DNA of 38,506 bases. Origin: a virus. Taxonomy: Duplodnaviria; Caudoviricetes. The stretch lies in IMG/VR virus record IMGVR_UViG_3300020045_018958, positions 1-38,506 of that record, one strand, 5' to 3'. The notes beneath the pieces were generated by a model. That model did no database searches. It was not told where the DNA came from and saw only the letters and a list, made by a program, of their open reading frames with translations. The number at the start of each line of letters is the position of its first letter. Position 1 is the stretch's first letter. The position numbers were made by a program, and so were the translations under genes. This document shows positions 6,564 to 15,697 of this stretch, one piece after another.

Positions 6564-8110
6564 TATTTATCAAATCTTTTAAGGGTTACAACATTGTTAG
6601 TTCGGATAAGGTTATTTGAAGCGGAAACAGCATTAATCAAAGCGGTTTTAACTCCTTTTGCGGTGTCCAAAATTCCGGCATCGAACATATTTACTTCTTT
6701 GTATTCTTTTACATCGTAGCCAAATGGGTATTTAGGTATAGAATCAGGACCTTTTGGAGTACATCCTGCATTATCAATAATTTTCAAATAAGGAGCAACT
6801 ATTGACTCTTTTGTGATTTTGTCTATATCTAAATTGTAAGCATTCAGCAAAGCAATTCCACCTCCTGCTACTACTCCGCCATCTTTAGAAGCACGTACGC
6901 TACAAATAGCATCATCTATACGAGCTACCTTTTCCTCAACTTCACTACTTGTAACTCCTCCAACAAAAACAGTAGAAATACCTCCTGTAATTTTAGCGAT
7001 TCTTTCACGTAGATAGTTCTTTTCTCCTTCGTTGTCTTTTAGGTTAATTTGAGAGGCCAAATCTAAAATTTTACCTTCTACTTTTTCTTTATCTAAATCT
7101 TTTCTAGGAGTGATTACAGTATCTTTTTTTCCGATTTCAATACGTTCACAAGTTCCAAGATAAACAGGTTCTTTTCCATCGTAGTTTGTTCTTGAAATTC
7201 CTTCAAGAGTTTCTGAACCTAAAATAAGAGATAAATCGTGTGCGGTTTCTCTACCTTTTTTGCCAACATAAGGTGGTCTAATAATACAGAATGGATATTT
7301 GTGTTTGTTTACGTTTTCCAAAATCATATTTGAAATATCGTGTTCCATAGTAGCAATAATAACCAAAGGTCGTCCTTGATTGGAAGCGTATTCCAAGAAA
7401 GGAATTACTTCATTTGCGGTTTGGAAGTTAATCAAAGAAACAAGAACTAAAGGATTGTCAAAAACAACAGATTGTGTATCGTTTACATTAATAAAACCTT
7501 CGTGTAAATATCCTGCATCAATTGGATTTCCTGCAATGTGAGTAACATAAGTTTCGTCAGTAAAACTTCTCTTGTGAGATACGATTCCGTGTTCTCCTGC
7601 TTTAATAAAAGCCTCTTGGATAATTTTAGCAATTTCTTCGTCACCGTGAGCCGAAGTTTTGGCAATATCAAACATTAATTTTTCGGTAACTGGAGTAGAA
7701 ATAGAATCAATATACTCGCAAATTTTAATAACTGAAGCATCAATATTGTTTTTAATATCAATAGGAGAAATTCCTTTTTTTAATTCTTGAACAGAATTAT
7801 TGAATAAAGCTTGGGTAAGAACAATTGTTAACGTAGTTCCATCACCTACAACATCAAATGTTTTTTTAGTTGCTTCTTTTAATATCTCACAAGCTATATG
7901 CTCCATACTATCTTCCCAAAATAATTGATGCAACACATCGTGTCCATCAGCTGTAATATTTGGGAGTCCTCCAATTGTTTCAAAAAGCACATTTTGACCT
8001 CTATATCCCATTGTGCTGGATATAATATCACTACTTTTGTTTACTCCATTTAATAATTTTCGTTTTGCATCATCTTCATTGGATAATTGCCTTAAAATTG
8101 CGTTGCTCAT
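6563..8110 (-). CDS. groEL: Phage chaperonin GroEL (Cpn60), no GGM tail
   Basis: STMGYRG.NV, ITADG, VGDGTT, ERIAKITGG, GVVAGGG, AGILD. Confidence 0.96.
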   Translation of the reverse strand: MSNAILRQLSNEDDAKRKLLNGVNKSSDIISSTMGYRGQNVLFETIGGLPNITADGHDVLHQLFWEDSMEHIACEILKEATKKTFDVVGDGTTLTIVLTQALFNNSVQELKKGISPIDIKNNIDASVIKICEYIDSISTPVTEKLMFDIAKTSAHGDEEIAKIIQEAFIKAGEHGIVSHKRSFTDETYVTHIAGNPIDAGYLHEGFINVNDTQSVVFDNPLVLVSLINFQTANEVIPFLEYASNQGRPLVIIATMEHDISNMILENVNKHKYPFCIIRPPYVGKKGRETAHDLSLILGSETLEGISRTNYDGKEPVYLGTCERIEIGKKDTVITPRKDLDKEKVEGKILDLASQINLKDNEGEKNYLRERIAKITGGISTVFVGGVTSSEVEEKVARIDDAICSVRASKDGGVVAGGGIALLNAYNLDIDKITKESIVAPYLKIIDNAGCTPKGPDSIPKYPFGYDVKEYKEVNMFDAGILDTAKGVKTALINAVSASNNLIRTNNVVTLKRFDK

Positions 8111-8130
8111 ATTTATTTAGAATTTATTAA

Positions 8131-8709
8131 TTATATATGTTTCCAAGATTTTCTTCGAAGAATATCGCTAATAGTAACTCTCGATACGTCATATTTTTTA
8201 GCGAGGTCCTTTTGCAAAAAGGAATCTTTGATATTTCTAATTTCAATAACTTTTTGTTCTGTAAGTTTTGATTTGTAACTTTCTCCTTTTGCAGCAATAG
8301 ATAATTTATTATCATAAGCATGCTGTCCATTTTCTGAATAAGTAGACCATTCAAGATTTATAGCGCAATTATTTGTTTTATCTCCATTTTTAGCTTTGTG
8401 ATTCACAATTGGTTTGTTCTTGGTTCTTTTTACAAATGCTTTAGCAACTATTAAATGAACTGTTCTTGTGTTTTTCGCTGCTCCATTTCCATGTAATGTA
8501 ATAGTTAAATATCCAGAATTAGATAATTGCTGTTTTAAAATACCTTGCTTTTTTGTTTTATTGTAATTAAGTGTTTTTATTCTTCCTAAATCAGACACGA
8601 TATATCTATCTTCATATCCAATAACACACTTCCATTTTTCACAGCAAATAAGTCCGTATTCGTTTATGTAGAACAAATCTTCTAAACTTAAATTTTTATA
8701 GTATTTCAT
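8131..8709 (-). CDS. NUMOD4-HNH homing endonuclease with C-terminal HTH (likely start MKYYKN at 8709)
   Basis: EKWKCVIGYEDRYIVSDLGRIK, VHLIVAKAF..VNH..GDKTNNCAINLEWST, QKDLAKKYDVSRVTISDI. Track start 8814 lies inside the promoter/leader. Confidence 0.9.
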   Translation of the reverse strand: MKYYKNLSLEDLFYINEYGLICCEKWKCVIGYEDRYIVSDLGRIKTLNYNKTKKQGILKQQLSNSGYLTITLHGNGAAKNTRTVHLIVAKAFVKRTKNKPIVNHKAKNGDKTNNCAINLEWSTYSENGQHAYDNKLSIAAKGESYKSKLTEQKVIEIRNIKDSFLQKDLAKKYDVSRVTISDILRRKSWKHI

Positions 8710-8719
8710 AGTTTTAATA

Positions 8720-8807
8720 AAAAAACCCCAAAAGGTAGCTATCACACGTCCCGTTTGAGGTTTAGTTTTAGATTTCTCTAAATGTCTTCCTGCAAGTGAT
8801 AGATTGC
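8720..8807 (-). promoter_or_regulatory. Structured 5' leader / attenuator candidate
   Basis: Minus strand: GCAA-TCTATCAC-TTGC hairpin, then AAACCTCAAACGG..GTGATAG..CCTTTTGGGGTTT plus U-tract. The two loops are complementary. Confidence 0.6.
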
Positions 8808-8811
8808 GATA

Positions 8812-8819
8812 CAAATATA
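8812..8819 (-). promoter_or_regulatory. Bacteroidota sigma-A -7 element for HNH-groEL-groES
   Basis: TATATTTG matches TAnnTTTG, immediately upstream of the leader. Confidence 0.7.
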
Positions 8820-8831
8820 CAATTTTAAAAA

Positions 8832-8872
8832 CGACAACAAACGTTTGTTGTTATTTAATTTATATCTTTGTT
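8832..8872 (+). promoter_or_regulatory. Promoter/operator block B, copy 1
   Basis: CGACAACAAACGTTT-N7-TTTAATTTATATCTTTGTT; contains TATCTTTG (8863-8870) and perfect palindrome ACAACAAACGTTTGTTGT (8834-8851); repeated at 36484. Confidence 0.8.
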
Positions 8873-8901
8873 TTTATTTAAAACTCATAAAAATACTTGA
8901 A

Positions 8902-11598
8902 ATGGCAAAGACATCTAGTTATCCAGATAAAAGCAATCCTTCTCTATCTGATAGAGTAGGAGGTAATGATTCTGAAAACAACCAAAAATTTGTAAATTTC
9001 ACTATAGAATCTATTGTTTCTTTAGTCAATTCAATAAGTGGAAAAGATTATATTCAGTATAAGTTTTCGCCTAACTACGGAAGTATTGGATTGTTTTCAT
9101 CAAATGAAGCGATTACAAATCCTACTCAAATAACAAAACTATTTTTTAATAAACAATCAGTTTCAAAAGAGGATTTGACCGCTTTGTTTACCAAACTTGA
9201 TACCTTGCAAAATATCGTTATTGATTTAAGAAACCCTTCTAATTCAAACAATTTTGCCACATTTAAAATAACCAACATTACCAATCAAACCGAGTATTTC
9301 GAGCTTGATGTAACTTTATTCAAAAACTTCTATTCAGGGAATATTGTCGCAAACACAACCTATAGCGCTTACTTCGATGTAAAAGAAAACTTTGAGGACA
9401 AACTGGATCAGGGAAACTACGTAGGAACTGCCGAAACACTTAAAGCTGATATCGAAACAAGACAGCTAAAAGTAGCGGGAAAATCATTGGTAGACGATAC
9501 TGAAATTACTAAACTATCCCATCTTGACGATACTACTGATTTACAAAAACCAATATCTACAGATACAGCTGCTGCTTTAGCTTTAAAACTTGCTGCTGGT
9601 GGCTATGTTGGTACAGCGCAAGATTTAGAAAATGCGATTACTGCTGCTGTAACTGGAGTTACTGGACAAGCTTTAGTACCTTCTTCTCCTGCTTTTGCTG
9701 GTACAGGTATAGCTTCGGGTATTGCATTAGAACCGGGTACATATACTAACCTTGGAGGTGTTGTTGTAAATTCTAATAGTATCGCTGTTATTGCTCGTGA
9801 TGCTTTAGGTGCTTATAGTATTACTCAAACTACTTTAGTATTAACAGGATATGTACAAGAATCAGATATTATTGACGCTTTAGATTCGACAGCGACAGAT
9901 AAGCCTGTTAGTGCTAATAGTGTGAGAATTGTTGCGGAAAAAGTATCAGAAGTTGAGAATAAAGAAATCGGAGAATATAATGTTACTGACGAAGATGGTA
10001 ATGTGGTTTTCAAAATAGATAATCAAGGAGTAAAAGCAAAAAAATATAACATTTGCAATAGTTTAGGGGTTGTTTTAGGTACAATTGATGAAGATGCTTT
10101 TAATACAATTATTTCTATGGAGACTTTAGTTCCAGCAATTAATATGAATGAAAGATACAATGAGGAGTACTATATCACAGATGAAAATGATAATGTCATT
10201 CTAAAATATACAGAAGAAGGTTTTGATGTAGCTAAATTATCCACTCATTTTAAATCATTACTTTCTTCATCCTCAAATAATGGTTTTGTTTCAGTTGGAA
10301 ATTTTATTGATGATATTAACTTAAATATTATATATGGACAATCTCTCGCTGTTGGAGGAACTACAATATCAGCAGAAAATTTTTTAACATCTAAAATGTT
10401 CGCTAATGGTGTTCTTATTGACCCGCCAGCTGACAGTGATATTAATTCAAAATCTTATAATGAAACTTATTTTGGCGATATAGTCAATATGTCAACTACT
10501 GGAAGTGGATTGAATGCTAGGATGATGTCAAAAAAATGGAATGAATTAATAATTTCAGAAGATGGAATTGATTTAGATACTTTTGCTTTTAATTTAATGG
10601 GATTAGTAGCTGGTATTTCAGGAGGAGCGTGGTTTCAATTAAATAAACAAAATATTAGTATTGATAGTACAGGCTGGGCTACAGTTACATCTTTTGCTGT
10701 AAATAATGTAGGGAGAGCTTATTGTAATTTATTACACGGTGTTTACTTTGCTCGTGAAAGAGCACACGCACAAGGAAAGTCTTTGAATGTAAATACATTG
10801 TCTTGGGTGCAAGGAGAAGCTACTTCGGACTACGATGATACTATCACGCAATACTATGATAAATTAGTAGCAATTTTTACTGATTTAAACAATGATATTA
10901 AAATAATTACTGGTCAAACTAATGATGTTGAATTTATAATATATCAAAACTCTAGTTTTTCAATTTATCAAGTTCCAACTTCTCCAAATTATGTATCTGG
11001 TCTATACACAGAGGGCGTGCCACTAGCTTGTTTAAAAGTGGCCAATGATTTGCCTAATGTAACATTTGCAACTCCTTTATATCCTTTTAGTGTTTCACAA
11101 GCCACTAGTGATAAATTACATTTATCAAATGTTGGTTATGCAATAATGTCTTCTCTTTTTGGAATTACTGCCAAAAGAGTTGTTACGGATAAAAAAAGTC
11201 TAAAAGCTTTTTACCCTAATTCTGTAACATCATTTAGTGACGGAACAAATTATTTCGTAAAAGTCAAATTTGATGTCCCTCAAAAGCCTATTGTTTTTGA
11301 TATATCTGGTGACGATGGAAATAATATGCTTGGACACGGACTACAAGAAAATTATGGATTCTCAATAAAAACAGGAGGCGGCACTGAAATCATTACTTCT
11401 GTTCGTAAAAGTGGTAATGATTCAATTGTTATAGGAACTTCTACCAATCCTGATGGATTAGATTTAACTTATGCTTGGACAGGAGTATTAGGCGGTGGTA
11501 ATGTTAGAGATTCCCAAGGGGATACTATTACAACTACTTTTAATGGCATTACTTATCGTTGTGATAATTGGTTGCCTTTTTTTAGAATAACTATTTAA
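8902..11598 (+). CDS. Tail fibre/spike with C-terminal SGNH (sialate O-acetylesterase-like) domain
   Basis: Likely start MAKTSSYP at 8902; internal repeats (GNYVGTAETLK/GGYVGTAQDLE; EYNVTDEDGNVV/EYYITDENDNVI); motifs YGQSL, WVQGEA, DKLHL. Confidence 0.8.
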   Translation: MAKTSSYPDKSNPSLSDRVGGNDSENNQKFVNFTIESIVSLVNSISGKDYIQYKFSPNYGSIGLFSSNEAITNPTQITKLFFNKQSVSKEDLTALFTKLDTLQNIVIDLRNPSNSNNFATFKITNITNQTEYFELDVTLFKNFYSGNIVANTTYSAYFDVKENFEDKLDQGNYVGTAETLKADIETRQLKVAGKSLVDDTEITKLSHLDDTTDLQKPISTDTAAALALKLAAGGYVGTAQDLENAITAAVTGVTGQALVPSSPAFAGTGIASGIALEPGTYTNLGGVVVNSNSIAVIARDALGAYSITQTTLVLTGYVQESDIIDALDSTATDKPVSANSVRIVAEKVSEVENKEIGEYNVTDEDGNVVFKIDNQGVKAKKYNICNSLGVVLGTIDEDAFNTIISMETLVPAINMNERYNEEYYITDENDNVILKYTEEGFDVAKLSTHFKSLLSSSSNNGFVSVGNFIDDINLNIIYGQSLAVGGTTISAENFLTSKMFANGVLIDPPADSDINSKSYNETYFGDIVNMSTTGSGLNARMMSKKWNELIISEDGIDLDTFAFNLMGLVAGISGGAWFQLNKQNISIDSTGWATVTSFAVNNVGRAYCNLLHGVYFARERAHAQGKSLNVNTLSWVQGEATSDYDDTITQYYDKLVAIFTDLNNDIKIITGQTNDVEFIIYQNSSFSIYQVPTSPNYVSGLYTEGVPLACLKVANDLPNVTFATPLYPFSVSQATSDKLHLSNVGYAIMSSLFGITAKRVVTDKKSLKAFYPNSVTSFSDGTNYFVKVKFDVPQKPIVFDISGDDGNNMLGHGLQENYGFSIKTGGGTEIITSVRKSGNDSIVIGTSTNPDGLDLTYAWTGVLGGGNVRDSQGDTITTTFNGITYRCDNWLPFFRITI

Positions 11599-11616
11599 CT
11601 TTTAATAAATATAATT

Positions 11617-12462
11617 ATGGTAATTAAACTTCAAGGTGCTGATTTCAGTATTAATAACATAGGAAAAATTGACGTAAGAACCGCTCCAGACACACAAACA
11701 GCTGATTTATTGGCTTTATATGGAAAAACTTGGACACTACAGAAACAATTGGCTATAAATGATTTTTTACTTGGTGTGCAAGGTGCTGCTTATTATTCAA
11801 AAATAAGTAAATTATTGTTACCTATTTTAGCCCCAACGGCTACAATTAATTTGACAACTACTGCAACAAATAACATAGCGTTTTATGACATTAAATCTGC
11901 AACTTATCTTCAAATAAGAACAGGAGCTGATAACACTTATCATAAAATTGGAACAAATGGTTTATATGCTGATAATGCCGAAAATGGTAATATCTATGGA
12001 TTAGTGTTAAATAATTTTAGCAACGGAGTTAATAGAGATAATTGTCATTATGGAATTTACTACAATGCTGCAAATTTAACAGATGTACCTGCTGGTAACT
12101 TGTATAATATAGTTTTTGCGCAAGATAAGATGACGTTAGGTTTTGGTGGCGGGGAAGCTAGTGCAACAATAGATACTAATACTAGGTTAAATAAAGGACT
12201 AAAAATATCTTCTTTCACTCCATCGTTAGTTACTGGTTTGTCTAATAGTTTGCCTTTAAGCTCTACAGTTGTAAACGCCTCAAATAATGCTGACTTTACA
12301 ACACAACCTAACTTTAATTTATTATCTAAACAAGGTGCATCTGATAATATAAAATTAAACACTACTATAGGTTTAATTACTATGGGAACTGCACTTACAC
12401 AACCTGAAACAGTAGCTTATAATGAATTGATAAATAATTTAATGAATAAGTTATGGGTTTAA
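11617..12462 (+). CDS. Fibre-associated protein, beta-rich
   Basis: 281 aa, N/T-rich; N-terminus IKLQGADFSINNIG; directly follows fibre gene. Confidence 0.6.
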   Translation: MVIKLQGADFSINNIGKIDVRTAPDTQTADLLALYGKTWTLQKQLAINDFLLGVQGAAYYSKISKLLLPILAPTATINLTTTATNNIAFYDIKSATYLQIRTGADNTYHKIGTNGLYADNAENGNIYGLVLNNFSNGVNRDNCHYGIYYNAANLTDVPAGNLYNIVFAQDKMTLGFGGGEASATIDTNTRLNKGLKISSFTPSLVTGLSNSLPLSSTVVNASNNADFTTQPNFNLLSKQGASDNIKLNTTIGLITMGTALTQPETVAYNELINNLMNKLWV

Positions 12463-12471
12463 TTTAAGATT

Positions 12472-12588
12472 ATGAAAACTATTATTTACAAAACAGATTA
12501 TAAAGGCAGAACTTGGGAAGTTTATAAAGGATATTATACACTAATAAAAGATGAAAAAACTAATATTAACAATAATACTATCAATTAG
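12472..12588 (+). CDS. Possible 38-aa ORF (not in track)
   Basis: MKTIIYKTDYKGRTWEVYKGYYTLIKDEK...; fills the gap, overlaps the next start. Confidence 0.3.
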   Translation: MKTIIYKTDYKGRTWEVYKGYYTLIKDEKTNINNNTIN

Positions 12589-12808
12589 TATTTCTAATGC
12601 TCAAGAAAGCGTAATTGCATCAGGAACAAATGATTATACAATTGGAGAAACATTTCCGATTATGCAATCTGATATGAAACAAAAAGAAGTTTCTTTATCA
12701 ATTCCTAAATATGAATACCCAGTAGAACAACCAAAACCAGTAATAACAAAAAAGAAAAACTTCTTTCAAAAGTTGATTGAAGCAATAATCAAAATCTTTA
12801 AAAAATAA
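12551..12808 (+). CDS. Small exported protein with C-terminal amphipathic helix
   Basis: Signal peptide MKKLILTIILSISISNA|Q; C-terminus NFFQKLIEAIIKIFKK. Confidence 0.65.
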   Translation: MKKLILTIILSISISNAQESVIASGTNDYTIGETFPIMQSDMKQKEVSLSIPKYEYPVEQPKPVITKKKNFFQKLIEAIIKIFKK

Positions 12809-12814
12809 ATAACC

Positions 12815-13075
12815 ATGGAAAATCAATTTTCAAAATTCAAAGACATTAATTTAAAAGAATTTATGCTAGGATTTATTATTACTCTAGGAACAGCATTATT
12901 AGACTTGGTTTGGCAGGGAGCAAATCCAATGATAGAACACTTACAAAAAACCTTTGAATTTGACTTAACCTTGTTTACTTCAAAAGTAAATTGGGCTACA
13001 GCTTGGGATACTGCCACAATAACTGCTAGTATTTACTTTGCTACAATATTTTATTCTGGTGAAAAGAAAAAATAG
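12815..13075 (+). CDS. Small membrane protein (holin/antiholin-like)
   Basis: Two hydrophobic segments, basic C-terminus, in lysis cassette. Confidence 0.55.
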   Translation: MENQFSKFKDINLKEFMLGFIITLGTALLDLVWQGANPMIEHLQKTFEFDLTLFTSKVNWATAWDTATITASIYFATIFYSGEKKK

Positions 13076-13123
13076 TTTAATCCTCTTTACAAGTGGAATT
13101 GAAAATAAATGAATTAAAAAGCC

Positions 13124-13591
13124 ATGAAATCAATGGACAAATACCTTAAACATTTTGACGAAATAAAAGCTGCTTTATACTCAACAGCTTTGTTTCTGAA
13201 TATCAATCTAGAAATTGTACAAATCTTAATGCTACTTATGGCGCTAGATACCATATTTGGAATAGTAAAAGCATTAAGATTAGGAGATCAATTCAATTTT
13301 GGAATACTGTTTTGGGGGTTTTCAACCAAGCTTTTGATTTTGATAATTCCAATGGTTTTAGCATTAGTTGGCAAAGGATTGGGTTATGATTTTACGCCTT
13401 TAGTTGATGGAGTAATGAAAGTGCTAGTTTTGGCCGAAGGCTTTTCAATTTTTACATCCATGTATGTTATCAAGACAAAAGAAAAAGTAAAGAACGTTGA
13501 TGTTGTATCCATGTTACTTTCGTCTATAAGAAAAGGATTTATGAGTACAATTAATGTGCTGCTAAAAAAAATAGAAAAACCAATTGAATAA
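13124..13591 (+). CDS. Holin (phage holin family 4-like)
   Basis: LMALDTIFGIVKA..GFSTKLLIL..EGFSIFTSM; several TM helices; MKSM possible dual start; upstream of endolysin. Confidence 0.8.
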   Translation: MKSMDKYLKHFDEIKAALYSTALFLNINLEIVQILMLLMALDTIFGIVKALRLGDQFNFGILFWGFSTKLLILIIPMVLALVGKGLGYDFTPLVDGVMKVLVLAEGFSIFTSMYVIKTKEKVKNVDVVSMLLSSIRKGFMSTINVLLKKIEKPIE

Positions 13592-13593
13592 TT

Positions 13594-14094
13594 ATGGACT
13601 TACTCACAATTCAAAGAATATCAGAAGCGCATCCAAAAATCAGAGTGCAACTTTTGCAACAATACAAAGAAGCAAATAATCTTTTAGGAAAAGGTGCAAG
13701 ATTGCGATTTGCATATGTTTATCGTTCCAATTCATTACAAGATAAACTATATAACCAAAAACCAAAAGTAACGAATGCGAAAGGCGGTCAGTCTATTCAT
13801 AATTACGGACTAGCTTTCGATATTGTAATGCTTTACGATAATGATGGTGACGGAAAATTTGAAGAAGCATCCTGGTCACAAATTAGGGATTTTGACAAAG
13901 ACAGCATTGCTGATTGGAAAGAGGTTACAAACTATTTTAAATCCAAAGGATGGGAATGGGGCGGTGATTGGAAGTCATTTAAAGATGCTCCACATTTTCA
14001 AATGGATTTTGGATATACTTGGCAAAACTTAAAATATAAAATAGACAACAAGGAAACCATTACTGACAACGGTATTATTTACCCTAAAATATAA
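13594..14094 (+). CDS. Endolysin, M15 family L-Ala-D-Glu peptidase
   Basis: YRS..Q..LY, VTNAKGGQSIHNYGLAFD, WGGDW..FKDAPHFQ. Confidence 0.93.
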   Translation: MDLLTIQRISEAHPKIRVQLLQQYKEANNLLGKGARLRFAYVYRSNSLQDKLYNQKPKVTNAKGGQSIHNYGLAFDIVMLYDNDGDGKFEEASWSQIRDFDKDSIADWKEVTNYFKSKGWEWGGDWKSFKDAPHFQMDFGYTWQNLKYKIDNKETITDNGIIYPKI

Positions 14095-14100
14095 TTAGCT

Positions 14101-14784
14101 ATGACAAAAATTGACATCGCCATATTGAAATCCTTGATTTTGGATTACGGGCAATACATTGTGATTCTTGTTTTGTGTTTTTTCCTATTCAAATCCTGTC
14201 AAGGAGAAAAAGAATTGAGCTTGGCCAACAATCAACTCAAAAAAAATGTAATTGAACTTACTAAATCAGCTGACAAATACGTTGCCAAAAACAACGCCTT
14301 GAACGACACAATTACTTTACTGGAAAAGCAAAAGCAAAAAGTTGAAATACAAATTCTTGAAGTAGAAAAAACCACCAAAAAAGAAGCAGAAAAAGCTCAA
14401 AAACTATCTACCAAACAAATCGCCAATTACTATCAGGAAAGGTATAAATTACCCGTTACCATCACGCAATACGGAGTTGCTTTGTCTGATTCCATATCCA
14501 AGAAAAACATCGTGGAATTAGCAGAAAAAGATGGTTGTTTTGAAGAAAATAAATTGATAAAACAAGAATTGGTTATTGAAGAACAGAAAGGATCAATTAA
14601 GGATACTATCAACAGCAATCTTACCAAAGCCAATGTATTGCTTCACAAAGCCAATTTCGAACAGCGAACTATTATTTCAAACACGGAAAAATCATTCAAG
14701 AAAGAACGTGCTAAAAAAACATTCTGGCAAGTCACAACTGGAGCCGTAATCACAGCCACTACTTATTTGATAATTACAAAATAA
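14101..14784 (+). CDS. Spanin-like coiled-coil membrane protein
   Basis: N-terminal TM ending LFKSC, long coiled coil, hydrophobic C-terminus; follows endolysin. Confidence 0.6.
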   Translation: MTKIDIAILKSLILDYGQYIVILVLCFFLFKSCQGEKELSLANNQLKKNVIELTKSADKYVAKNNALNDTITLLEKQKQKVEIQILEVEKTTKKEAEKAQKLSTKQIANYYQERYKLPVTITQYGVALSDSISKKNIVELAEKDGCFEENKLIKQELVIEEQKGSIKDTINSNLTKANVLLHKANFEQRTIISNTEKSFKKERAKKTFWQVTTGAVITATTYLIITK

Positions 14785-14798
14785 GTGTGTTCAATTGA

Positions 14799-14828
14799 AT
14801 ATAAATAATTTATGTTAAAAATATAAAT
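14799..14828. promoter_or_regulatory. Operator family A site (17-bp palindrome plus half-site 22 bp later)
   Basis: ATATAAAT-A-ATTTATGT at 14799; ATATAAAT at 14821. Confidence 0.6.
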
Positions 14829-15410
14829 ATGAAAGGATTGCGCCATTTTATAATTGAAGTCAAAGATCCTTTTAAGGATAAGATTGAAATAGGGAATATT
14901 GAGCTTTTTGTCGACAAAAAAATATCAAGAGAGCGTTCGGCAAACCGATTTGGCAAAGTAGTCAACTGCCCTATTCTTGAAGAAAGCCACGGAATAAAAG
15001 AAGGTTTCGAAATCATTTTTGATGCTACAATATTGTACAGACAGATTTATAAAGAAGGAGTTCAGGAAAGCATCCATTTAATGGATAAAGAAAAATCATT
15101 TTACAAAATCGAGCCTGATATGATTGTTCTTTTTAGAGAAAATGACAAATCTGAATGGCAGGGTTTCAAAGATAATTTGATGGTAGAATTCATAACAGAA
15201 ACTCCAAAATTATCCAGCAGTTTAATTGCTATTCCCAAAGGAGAAACTGTAAAAGGAAAGGCAAAAGTAAAATATAGAAATGCTGAATTAGAAAACGAAG
15301 AAATTGAGAATGGCCAGATAATTTTCATCAAGCCTGATGCCGGGATTCCTTTCTTTTTCAAAAACGAAACATTGTATTGGATAAGAACTAAAGATGTATT
15401 AGCGGTATGA
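14829..15410 (+). CDS. Tandem two-domain GroES-like protein
   Basis: Domain 1 FIIEV..FGKVVNCP..IKEGFEIIFD; domain 2 DNLMVE..KAKVKY..IENGQIIF..KNETLYWIRTKDVLAV, resembling the GroES C-terminus LIMSESDILAI. Confidence 0.7.
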   Translation: MKGLRHFIIEVKDPFKDKIEIGNIELFVDKKISRERSANRFGKVVNCPILEESHGIKEGFEIIFDATILYRQIYKEGVQESIHLMDKEKSFYKIEPDMIVLFRENDKSEWQGFKDNLMVEFITETPKLSSSLIAIPKGETVKGKAKVKYRNAELENEEIENGQIIFIKPDAGIPFFFKNETLYWIRTKDVLAV

Positions 15411-15694
15411 ACCAAGATGAAAGTTACTACAAACAAAACTTACCTAACCTTATTGCTAGGTTAAAAAATTCTATTTCAAAAATAGAAACAATAATCGATG
15501 CAGACATTGAAGATGCCATCACAGACGATAAACTATTCAATGTTTTGAAAGCCAAAAGACAGGCTTCGGAAGATGTGATTTGGACTCTAAAACGCATTGA
15601 TGAATTGGAAAATGAATTGAATGGTGTTGAGGAAGAATCTAAAGTTAGTGTTTCTAAAAATCCAACAAAAAGATACGCCCAAAAAGGGAATTAA
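15407..15694 (+). CDS. Putative terminase small subunit
   Basis: 95 aa helical protein directly upstream of TerL; similar to the N-terminal repeats of the second TerL. Confidence 0.6.
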   Translation: MNQDESYYKQNLPNLIARLKNSISKIETIIDADIEDAITDDKLFNVLKAKRQASEDVIWTLKRIDELENELNGVEEESKVSVSKNPTKRYAQKGN

Positions 15695-15697
15695 CAA

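Noticed and set aside
8845-8901. N-terminal extension of the fibre ORF from TTG 8845
   Set aside because: It lies across the promoter; ATG 8902 has the A-rich context
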